Origin: a virus
IMG/VR virus record: IMGVR_UViG_3300009593_000014
Span: 21,155-85,154 of that record
Length of the DNA stretch: 64,000 nucleotides
Reading direction: 5' to 3' (one strand)
Shown: in pieces, positions 48,303-56,755 of the stretch
How positions within the stretch are numbered: position 1 is the first letter of the stretch
Layout of the letters: each line of letters starts with the position of its first letter
Program-made: the position numbers and the translations under genes
The notes under the pieces: generated by a model
What the model saw: the letters and a program-made list of their open reading frames with translations, nothing else
Databases searched by the model: none
What the model was told of the DNA's origin: nothing

Positions 48303-48801
48303 GCAGATCCCTTCACTCGAAGCCCTCACGCTACGGCGTGGGGGCTTCTTGGCGTTTATGGGTAAGTTTTCGGAAGCTGGTGGAAGACAAACGCTGTCGT
48401 TCGTGGCTCGCTTCCTTATAACTTTTTGCGGTAGGAAAATTTGTTATAGCTATTGCCTGACTTTAATGCATGCCCCGGAAAGTGTTTTGAAAGAATAATG
48501 CTCCCCCTGGTGGTTAAAACTTTTTAGATGGTGTATTAGTCCACCGAAGTTCAATTTTGTTTCAATGGTGGCTTCTCAGAACCGACTTTTTTGCATTAAA
48601 TGTCTTAATTGAAAGTATTTCAAATAAATAGACCTTCCTCGAATATTAAAGAATTTGAAAAAAAGTGTGTTAATTCTTGATTATGAAGGTAACTTATTTC
48701 ATATGGATATAACTTATTCACTTAGCAATCCGAGAAGCCCTATGATGACCGGCGCTCAAATAGCTATGCAACCAAATAGGTCTGTGGAGCATAATTCTTT
48801 T

Positions 48802-49143
48802 ATGGGAAATCCTATATCTGATGAGTGGGGCGAAATAATTGACCTCGGTGCCATTGCGAAATCTCGCAGGGGTGCCGTTGCTAGTTATGAGCAAGGCTTG
48901 CTAGATGCTTTGACCAAGGCTTTTAAAGCCGGTCAAGCTTTGAGTGTTACTCCGTTCACGGTTCTTGAGTCTGACTATAAGTCAGAAGAAGAATTTAAGA
49001 ACGCTAAGCAATCCTATGCAGCCGAAATCCGCAAACACTTCCGCCACCTAGTGGTTACTGAAGTAGTTGCGGAAGGTTCCAAGGTTGCCATTAATTGGCA
49101 CCCTGAAACCGGCGTGCCTCAAGTTTCGCTTAGAAGCTCTTAG
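48802..49143 (+). CDS. WHPE-family paralogue A3
   Basis: EWGEIIDLGAIAKSRRG..INWHPETGVPQVSL; in-frame upstream ATG at 48703; terminator at 49234-49262. Confidence 0.82.
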   Translation: MGNPISDEWGEIIDLGAIAKSRRGAVASYEQGLLDALTKAFKAGQALSVTPFTVLESDYKSEEEFKNAKQSYAAEIRKHFRHLVVTEVVAEGSKVAINWHPETGVPQVSLRSS

Positions 49144-49474
49144 ACTCATCAAAAACTGAACCCCTTGAGGGTGAACGGAGTCGCCACTAGCGACTTGGCA
49201 CCAGAACCAAACTAGTAAAGCGTAATATCCACCAAGCCCCTCGCAGATGCGAGGGGCTTCTTACTTTATAAATGTCTCAGCTGCAATTTTTATGTGGCAC
49301 CTCTCAAGGCTCAAGGGCTGTCGTTCGTGGCTCGCCCAATGACGGTGTTGAATACTAATGAAAATTAATATAACTATAGATTATATTGAGTAGACATATC
49401 CCTAGCGTAGCTTCGCTATCGTGCCGGAGTCACGATAGCAAAAATCTTTAATATATATTTATTATATAGAGTGC

Positions 49475-49790
49475 ATATTTTTCCCCACACACACCTTTTA
49501 TATGTTTTATACATAATTGGCCGGGTATTCCGAAGGAACCTGAAAGGCAAACTTGTGCCCGCAAAATATTATTAATCCTTAAGCATTATATTGTGTATAT
49601 ATTTTTCCCCACAAATAGCTTTTAGTTTGGCGGGTATTCCGAAGGAACCCGAAGGGCAAACTTGTACCCGCAAAATATTATTAATACTTAACCATTATAT
49701 TGTATGTATATTTTTCCCCACGAATTACTATTAATCTTTGCGGGTATTCGACGAAGGAGAAGGCGCAGCCCTTGTACCCGAAAAATTATT
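49475..49790. repeat. Three ~110-bp tandem units with branched GNA-triloop hairpins
   Basis: TTTTCCCCAC...CGGGTA-TTCCGAAGGAA-CCYGAARGG-...-TRCCCG; structured cores at 49522, 49631 and 49741. Confidence 0.85.
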
Positions 49791-50811
49791 GTTAATTATT
49801 TCCGTTAATTTAATGCGCTATTTCCTAACACTTTTTGTTATTAATAATTATTATTAAAAAGTATTATCTTTAATGGTTTGGCATTATAGGGTGGGTATAT
49901 ATTTCCCCACAAATATAAACTTTTTTTATATGTTCCAAGATGAACGGAATTAGTTATAGATAAGTGTGGGCGATATATATTACAAGTTACACCTATGTAA
50001 TTTTAAAGATAAGTATTGGAAGCTATTGTTAGAGATATAAGTTGGCGATTAGGTTGGCTGATAATATATAAAAGATATTTATATAGATATCCCTACACGA
50101 TAAATCTACTCTTTATTCCTTATCTGTTTTTATCAAAGGTATCTGTAATTAGTATAAATGTAGGTCTGAAATGTTAGAGTTATTTTCCCCCATTATTTTT
50201 ACGGTCCAAAGTTAAAGCAATTGAAACGGAATAAGTTTATTGCAATCTCTAAACGATATCTATCAGAGGAAGAAATGAAAGATAAAAAATATTAATAATA
50301 AATACTATTAACTAGAATTATTTTTATAACGGAGACATTATACGGCCCACATTTAATTCCCCGGCCAACCCTAATATAAATAAATAAAATATATATATAA
50401 TCGGACCTAAGTGTCTATTCTCTATAGAGAGAGTAACAATAAATACCCTCCCAGAACCTACATAAAAGCTTTAATAAATACAAAAAGAAATAAATAAAGT
50501 TTATTTAATTACAATACATCTGTGAAAACCTATTAAAATAGGTAATATTATAAGTGTTTGTTTTATATGACCAGTCAGATGCTATCGTTATTTTAATCTG
50601 AGAGGCTATTTAAGTGCTCTGTGGGGGGTTTTGAGATAGTTTTTATGTTTAATATCATCTAGGGAGAAACAATCTTCTCTATGGATTACTCTATGGGTTA
50701 TAACTATTCTTATCCCCCGATTTCGTTGTCGCACTTAATTTTAATAATTAGCAATTTGAATGCATGCCCGCGTTAGCTTTAATTTCTAATTCAGAATAAT
50801 AATTTTGGGCA

Positions 50812-50851
50812 TAAAAAATCCCGACTACAATTTCTCATAGTCGGGACTTTT
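50812..50851. terminator. Bidirectional terminator ending the minus-strand gene block
   Basis: AAAAAA-TCCCGACTA...TAGTCGGGA-CTTTT. Confidence 0.8.
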
Positions 50852-50934
50852 ATCTAATCTTATTCAGTTATATTTATTCAGGGACCGTGAATATATTTTT
50901 ATGTGATACAACTGATAAGTTAGAGCTTTAAATA

Positions 50935-51162
50935 TTATTCTTCGTCGTCAAAATAATTGAGTTGTTCTATCTCCCCCATATATCCATCAACACATCTCCA
51001 ACCCTTATACAAATAAGTAAAATTACCTTCACTATCTATTTCATCAAAATCCGGTAATTCTATTTTATCTATATCAGTTTCTTTTCCAAAATATTGATAT
51101 GTAAATGATACTTGATATTGAAATACAGGTTCATCTCTATATAGTTTTGCTACTCCAACCAT
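50935..51162 (-). CDS. Hypothetical protein
   Basis: Tightly coupled minus-strand operon. Confidence 0.65.
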   Translation of the reverse strand: MVGVAKLYRDEPVFQYQVSFTYQYFGKETDIDKIELPDFDEIDSEGNFTYLYKGWRCVDGYMGEIEQLNYFDDEE

Positions 51163-51482
51163 TATTCTACCTTATCACTTAATTTGTAAACATTACTTTT
51201 AGTTAATAATTCAGATTCAATACCCCACTCTACAGGTTTATCTATATCGCCTAGTTGATTTTTTCTATCATCAGATATGTCTATATCTACAAGACATTTT
51301 ACATGATCAAACATTAATTTAAACATTAGTTCATCTGGAATGTCTATGTTATATTCCACACATATCCTAAAGAAGTTCTTAGTTTTTTCTGGTAATGTGT
51401 ACCATAAATATTCATAAGATTCTTCATCTACTTCTCCACCTTCAAGAAAATTTATTGCTGCTTCGTGTATATTCATTTTCAT
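51162..51482 (-). CDS. Hypothetical protein
   Basis: Coupled ORF. Confidence 0.65.
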   Translation of the reverse strand: MKMNIHEAAINFLEGGEVDEESYEYLWYTLPEKTKNFFRICVEYNIDIPDELMFKLMFDHVKCLVDIDISDDRKNQLGDIDKPVEWGIESELLTKSNVYKLSDKVE

Positions 51483-51484
51483 AA

Positions 51485-51760
51485 TTATTCATCCTCATTA
51501 TTGTTATTAATAGCTTCATTTAATTCTCTTACCCCAGCAATAAAACCTGGTCCATTACCTTCTGGATCTTGTAATATATCTAATCTAGCAACAAAGGTTG
51601 TATCTTTATCTTCAACCTCTACTTCTATATAAGGATAAACATCATCATATTCTATTACTGCTTCTGCTTTACTTATTTTTGCACCAAACAAAACGTCTAA
51701 CTCTTTATTCATCATGTCTGATTGTGCTTTTAATAACTCGTGGTAACTTTCAAAATTCAT
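51485..51760 (-). CDS. Hypothetical protein
   Basis: DPEGNGPGF motif; coupled ORF. Confidence 0.7.
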   Translation of the reverse strand: MNFESYHELLKAQSDMMNKELDVLFGAKISKAEAVIEYDDVYPYIEVEVEDKDTTFVARLDILQDPEGNGPGFIAGVRELNEAINNNNEDE

Positions 51761-51761
51761 C

Positions 51762-52469
51762 TTAAGCCTTCCTTTCGGGCTTTACTATATCTATTACTTG
51801 ATTTACTGTTGCATCTTTAAAATTGCTTCTCATATCTTGATACCTTTTTATTCTTGATACATTTACGTTAACATGATCTATAACGTGATTAATAAAATCA
51901 GTATCATTTTTGACACCTTCATCTATATCTTCAGTTATTATCTTAGTGGCAAGATCTAAATCTTGATCTTCATCAACTATAGTTTCATTTCTAACAATAG
52001 GTTCAAATGTTTCTATTACATTATAATTTATAGGTAAATAATTACCATATTCAATCATCCATTTATCACCATCTTCTCCACACCAAACAATATATCCTTC
52101 TATTAATTCTGATACGAATTCAAAGAATAAATCTTCTGCACCTATTTTAGAATGATAACTAAAATTAACTAAACTTCCATCTAAGTCATGATCAAATTCA
52201 AAACCTAAATGATTAAGAACATATTCAACAAATGCTGGATTATCATCTAATAATTCTTTATCATAATCTTCTGGCATCCATGAATACCAATAAGTACTTT
52301 CTCCTTTAATAGGACTAAAACTACCACCTTCTTTTAAACAATTAAACATAGGTGCATTCATTGCCCTCCATCTAATTGCAATCTTATCAAAATTTTCTGC
52401 TGGTATTCTTAAGGTTTCTTCTTGTACTTCAACATAGTAACCCATATTATCTACCCTTTCTCCAACCAT
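51762..52469 (-). CDS. Hypothetical protein
   Basis: GGS..WYSWMP..GEDG..W pattern; probable start at MGYY. Confidence 0.7.
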   Translation of the reverse strand: MVGERVDNMGYYVEVQEETLRIPAENFDKIAIRWRAMNAPMFNCLKEGGSFSPIKGESTYWYSWMPEDYDKELLDDNPAFVEYVLNHLGFEFDHDLDGSLVNFSYHSKIGAEDLFFEFVSELIEGYIVWCGEDGDKWMIEYGNYLPINYNVIETFEPIVRNETIVDEDQDLDLATKIITEDIDEGVKNDTDFINHVIDHVNVNVSRIKRYQDMRSNFKDATVNQVIDIVKPERKA

Positions 52470-52710
52470 TTTTTAAATGAGGTTGGCAATTAGCTTTGCT
52501 TAAAAGTATTTCTTTTAAGGCTTCTACTGATTTCTTTTTATTAATAAAAGATCTTCCATAAGTTTGAGAATCACCTAATTCTTTTTCATCTTCCCATAGG
52601 TCATTCATAACTTCAATTCTATCTTCAACAGCATTCATTAATGCATACCATTGAACTTCTGTTAACTCTAAATCTAATTTCACCCTTCTAGGTGATTGTT
52701 TTGTTTTCAT
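52447..52710 (-). CDS. Hypothetical protein
   Basis: Start trimmed to MKTKQSPRR. Confidence 0.6.
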   Translation of the reverse strand: MKTKQSPRRVKLDLELTEVQWYALMNAVEDRIEVMNDLWEDEKELGDSQTYGRSFINKKKSVEALKEILLSKANCQPHLKNGWRKGR

Positions 52711-52800
52711 AAAAATATAACTTTCTAAATAAATAAAATATGTATTCCAATATAATATTATTGTAACAACAATAAATAATTTAACTTCCAATAATAAAAA

Positions 52801-53340
52801 CTATTTACAAACCCAATGTCTAGGTCCACCTCCTTCATAAAATAACCAACTAGCAACTCCAACATTAGCAATAGGATCTAATATATCAAAACCTTCAAAG
52901 CCTGCTTTAATAGATCTCTCTTCCCAAAATTTAGGTAAATGTTGAAACCAACCAGAAGCATTTGATGTTATATGAATAGCATCACTATAAGTATCATCTT
53001 TATGTGCACTAGACTCACAAAAAGTAATTCTAAATGCCCACTCCCAATCTTCTTCTAAAAAATACTCATGTATTAATTCTTCTAAAGTAGGTTCAGAAAT
53101 ATCTTCAACTGTGGTTGTAGTTATAGTTTCTAGAATACTTAAATCTAATCCTTCATAAATAGTTGTACTCGTAGTCGTACTAGTAGTCGTACTAGTAGTT
53201 TCAACACTATAAGATATATTTTGCGTTAACACTTCTGGAGAAGTTAATTCTTTACGATCATTTTCACATTTACTCAAAGCAAATATTCCCAGAACTAAAG
53301 CAACAACTAATATCCAAGTTATTTTCTTATACTCTTCCAT
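52801..53340 (-). CDS. Membrane-anchored lysozyme-like/lytic transglycosylase (SLT-like)
   Basis: N-terminal TM, Thr-rich linker, CES..ASGWFQ..W..DP.AN...HW.C. Confidence 0.75.
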   Translation of the reverse strand: MEEYKKITWILVVALVLGIFALSKCENDRKELTSPEVLTQNISYSVETTSTTTSTTTSTTIYEGLDLSILETITTTTVEDISEPTLEELIHEYFLEEDWEWAFRITFCESSAHKDDTYSDAIHITSNASGWFQHLPKFWEERSIKAGFEGFDILDPIANVGVASWLFYEGGGPRHWVCK

Positions 53341-53347
53341 TACTTAC

Positions 53348-53701
53348 CTACCTATAAAAACCTTCACCAGAAAATGGTACTAATTGTTCATCATCTAATC
53401 TAGACATATCAACTCCAATTAACTCTATTATCTCGCTGAGAGACATATTGTCAACATTAGGATTATCTTCTTGCTTCCACTTTATACTTCTAATCCTTCT
53501 TCTTTGATTTTCAGATAATCCACCCCATATTCCAAATTTAGAACTATTTCTTAAAGAATATTCTAAACAAGGTTTAGATACAGGGCAATTTTGACAAACA
53601 TATTTTACTTCTAATGTTCCTCCACGATCAGGAAAAAACTTATCTGTAGGGATATTCTCTTCTTTACATTTAGCTTTATCAAACCACCTGTTCATAACCA
53701 T
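53348..53701 (-). CDS. whiB: WhiB-family transcription regulator
   Basis: W...AKC..FFP..CxxCPV...C..GIWGG.SE.QRR. Confidence 0.92.
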   Translation of the reverse strand: MVMNRWFDKAKCKEENIPTDKFFPDRGGTLEVKYVCQNCPVSKPCLEYSLRNSSKFGIWGGLSENQRRRIRSIKWKQEDNPNVDNMSLSEIIELIGVDMSRLDDEQLVPFSGEGFYR

Positions 53702-53930
53702 AATTAATACCTGTTCTCTTTTGTAACCACATATAATCTCTTTCAACATTGAGTAAATAGTTATTAGCAGCAATTAAAGCTTTATTTCTACTTGGATAAG
53801 AACACGAACGCATACTGCATTGTTGTTCTATATCTTTATCTTTTTCTCCCAAGCAAAAATCAATCTCATAAAAATAAACTGTCTTACCATCATCATAAGT
53901 TACTTCAGTAATTTCAAAACTTTCTATCAT
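53679..53930 (-). CDS. Hypothetical protein
   Basis: SD AAGGA. Confidence 0.6.
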   Translation of the reverse strand: MIESFEITEVTYDDGKTVYFYEIDFCLGEKDKDIEQQCSMRSCSYPSRNKALIAANNYLLNVERDYMWLQKRTGINYGYEQVV

Positions 53931-54113
53931 AATATATTCCTTTTTATATCAAAAAACTTACAATATCTTACAAATATCTACCAGAATCGGTAATATTTGA
54001 TTTAATTCCTGCAGAAGTTTTCTTATTCTTCATTTCTTTTATTCTCTCTTCTTGAATTCTAAGATATTCTTCTCTAGTCATTGCTTCATTATTTAACGGT
54101 TGAATTGTACTCA

Positions 54114-54839
54114 TTATTCTATTCCTTCCAATTTAATTTGTCCTGTACATTCTTTTTTCTTCTCTTCAAAGAGAATTAAATCATCAACTATAAGTTCACC
54201 ATTATTTATTTGTTCTTCAATATACTCAGGGTAAATTTCTAAAACTTCTTCATCAGTTAAACATAACTGCTCTTCAATTTCATATAAAAATGTACTTACA
54301 ATATCTAAACGATCATCAATAAAACGATCTTCTTTTATATCAAAATAGTTAAGGATTTCTTCAGCCTTTTCTAATTTCATTTCGGTTAACTCTTCCCAAT
54401 ATTCATCTTCATTGAAAATAGGATAATCTTCTAAACAATTATGAAACCAACAAATTATTCTAAAGGAGTCAGCAATATTATCTATTACTAAACCTCTATC
54501 TAAATCTTTTAATACCTTAACAATTACTCTGTCAATTTCACCAACAGCCCAATGTTTATAATTTTCTGTATCAAGATCATCTTTATCTATATCAAAAATA
54601 TCATCTTTAATGATACCTAAAGAGTCAGCTTTAAATATTCTTATTAAAGCGTTCCAATTATGTTTATCATAAAGTCTTGACTGAGAATGATAATCTATTC
54701 CACCAAAACCCCAAGTATTAAACATATCCGATCTTCCCCAATGACCAAAATCTTCAGGTTTAGTTATAGATTGACGAGCCATTTTTAATAATTGCTCATC
54801 TTCTATAACATCAATATCTTCTCTAGTTAATTTATCCAT
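54114..54839 (-). CDS. Hypothetical protein
   Basis: HWAVG..LEDYPIFNE pattern; 241 aa. Confidence 0.7.
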   Translation of the reverse strand: MDKLTREDIDVIEDEQLLKMARQSITKPEDFGHWGRSDMFNTWGFGGIDYHSQSRLYDKHNWNALIRIFKADSLGIIKDDIFDIDKDDLDTENYKHWAVGEIDRVIVKVLKDLDRGLVIDNIADSFRIICWFHNCLEDYPIFNEDEYWEELTEMKLEKAEEILNYFDIKEDRFIDDRLDIVSTFLYEIEEQLCLTDEEVLEIYPEYIEEQINNGELIVDDLILFEEKKKECTGQIKLEGIE

Positions 54840-54949
54840 TTTTTTCTAGCCACTCCCAGCCTGTATTAAATTTATTTTGTAAAGTTTGACAACTATTATC
54901 CCAATGGTCAGGGTCAAATTCTTCTTCATCTTCAAATTCTTTTTCATCT

Positions 54950-55387
54950 TCACTCATTATTTTCTTCCTCCACTTTACTAGTGTCTATATTAAAAACGCT
55001 ATCTAATCCTGTATCTCTTATTAACTCCATAACTTGATCGTAACTTTTACTATCAAGATCTGATCCAAAAAGTGATTCAATATCTGGTAATACATTTGCA
55101 TAAAAATGATAAGCATAATGTTGCATCATTTCGTTTTCCTCTAATCCCATAGATTCTGCACAAATATCTATTAAAAATTTACAATGACTTAATACAGAAC
55201 CTATAACTAGTTGAGGATTTTTAGCAATTTCTCCATACGATGCAATATAGTCAATCATATTATTAGAAGAATTATTACCTTTTGCTACAAAAGATTGTAT
55301 TAATCCCAAAGAAAGTAAATATGAATCTTTAACTACTTCACCAAACTCTCGAAATTCATCTATCTTATCTTTATTATTATCTTCCAT
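54950..55387 (-). CDS. Hypothetical protein
   Basis: Coupled ORF. Confidence 0.65.
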   Translation of the reverse strand: MEDNNKDKIDEFREFGEVVKDSYLLSLGLIQSFVAKGNNSSNNMIDYIASYGEIAKNPQLVIGSVLSHCKFLIDICAESMGLEENEMMQHYAYHFYANVLPDIESLFGSDLDSKSYDQVMELIRDTGLDSVFNIDTSKVEEENNE

Positions 55388-55590
55388 TAGTATATATCCT
55401 TAATCTTTGCTGTTTCTATTTCCTGTATAAAACCTTCACTCATGTTTCTCCAGTTAATACTTCCATCAGAATGTTTAATATTTGCATAAAATATTTCTGC
55501 TGCTTCTTCTTCACTTTCTGCTTCAACTGTTATTTCAAATTCAGCTAATACTTCAAAGCATATAGAATATTCTGTACTTTCGTTACTCAT
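55387..55590 (-). CDS. Small acidic protein (VEAESEEEA motif)
   Basis: Common small phage protein motif. Confidence 0.65.
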   Translation of the reverse strand: MSNESTEYSICFEVLAEFEITVEAESEEEAAEIFYANIKHSDGSINWRNMSEGFIQEIETAKIKDIY

Positions 55591-55726
55591 TATGGTTTAC
55601 CTTGTCCTTTATATTTTTTCTTATATAATTTTGAACTTTTCATTTTAGAACTACCCTTTTTCGCATGGACACCGGGTCTCTTAACTTTTTTTCTAATAAT
55701 ATGTTCATATGTTTTTCTTCTCATAA

Positions 55727-56422
55727 TTATTCATCTCCAAATCTTGATTCAACAATCCATTCTAAATTACCCATTCTATTATCTACAGTTTCAATCATAT
55801 CTACAGTATCAGTACCTAAACATTCTCCATTTTGATATTCATCAAAACCCATAAAATTCATTCCTGGTTCAGAAAAATAAAGATAAAAATTAATATCACG
55901 AAATACACTACTAATAAATTGTATTCCATTTGAAGGCGGACTCCATGCACTTTGAAAATCTATAACTGCATATTTAAATTGTTGATCTAATGCAACAGAA
56001 GGGTCCAAAATAACTTTATTACCATTATCATAGTCTAAAGTATAAAGTTTATTTGACTTCAAGTAATCATTTAAAATATAATCACTATCAGTTAATCTTC
56101 CTTCATAGTCACCCCATTTAGTGCCCCAATTATCATTACACCAACTATACCAATCTGCATGACCATAAAGTTTTACATTTAATGCCTTCGCTTTACCTTC
56201 ATCATCATCTTCTTCAGGTGACAAAAAATTAGCTTTAACATTTTTTAATTCCTCTGGACAAGGATAAAGGTTTTCTAATATCTTTACTGGATGAATATCA
56301 CCATAAAAAGATTCCATTTGCTTAATTGCTTCTTCATCTCTAACAGTAATTTGAGATATAAAATCATCTATAGCACTAGCATATCCAACAATTAATAATT
56401 CATTTTCGCAATGGTTTGGCAT
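55727..56422 (-). CDS. DUF1281/YubB-like ferredoxin-fold protein
   Basis: MPNHC.N, WY.W...NWGTKW, F.SAWSPP and EPG..F.G motifs. Confidence 0.75.
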   Translation of the reverse strand: MPNHCENELLIVGYASAIDDFISQITVRDEEAIKQMESFYGDIHPVKILENLYPCPEELKNVKANFLSPEEDDDEGKAKALNVKLYGHADWYSWCNDNWGTKWGDYEGRLTDSDYILNDYLKSNKLYTLDYDNGNKVILDPSVALDQQFKYAVIDFQSAWSPPSNGIQFISSVFRDINFYLYFSEPGMNFMGFDEYQNGECLGTDTVDMIETVDNRMGNLEWIVESRFGDE

Positions 56423-56424
56423 TT

Positions 56425-56628
56425 TTATTTCTCCTCTATAATTTCATACATATCGCCTTCTGCTGTTATTAATGATAAATTAGAACCACTGTCCCATTTT
56501 ATACTAACAACTTCATCTCCAATATGATCTGTTCTAATTTTTGTAATAATACCCTCATCACCTCTTTTTAATTGAGTGTAAGGGTCACTTGTAAACATTA
56601 ATTTTACTCTTTTTCCTACTTCGGACAT
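56425..56628 (-). CDS. DUF4314-like protein
   Basis: G.RV.L...DPY..L..G..G..WDSGS.L.L....D. Confidence 0.75.
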   Translation of the reverse strand: MSEVGKRVKLMFTSDPYTQLKRGDEGIITKIRTDHIGDEVVSIKWDSGSNLSLITAEGDMYEIIEEK

Positions 56629-56755
56629 TTAAATTTTCTCCTTAATATATTCCGTTGCGCATTCGTCATGAAAATCTCTACCACTTACTTTTCTATTTTC
56701 AGAATCTAATAAATATTCTTCACATAGAAAGCAATTGAGATAATCCATTAAATTA

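Larger units (their letters stand above)
40837..49335 (+). repeat. 15 co-oriented copies of cassette header motif GCTGTNGTTCGT(T)GGCTCGC
   Basis: Copies start at ~40837, 41458, 42041, 42365, 42798, 42892, 43592, 44414, 45008, 45681, 46409, 47128, 47782, 48393 and 49317. Confidence 0.92.

Noticed and set aside
40837-49335. CRISPR array
   Set aside because: Repeats are separated by ~70-900 bp containing whole genes, and there are no cas genes.
40837-49335. Canonical integron
   Set aside because: No tyrosine recombinase in the window, the motif lacks the paired RYYYAAC/GTTRRRY attC ends, and cassettes carry their own promoters.
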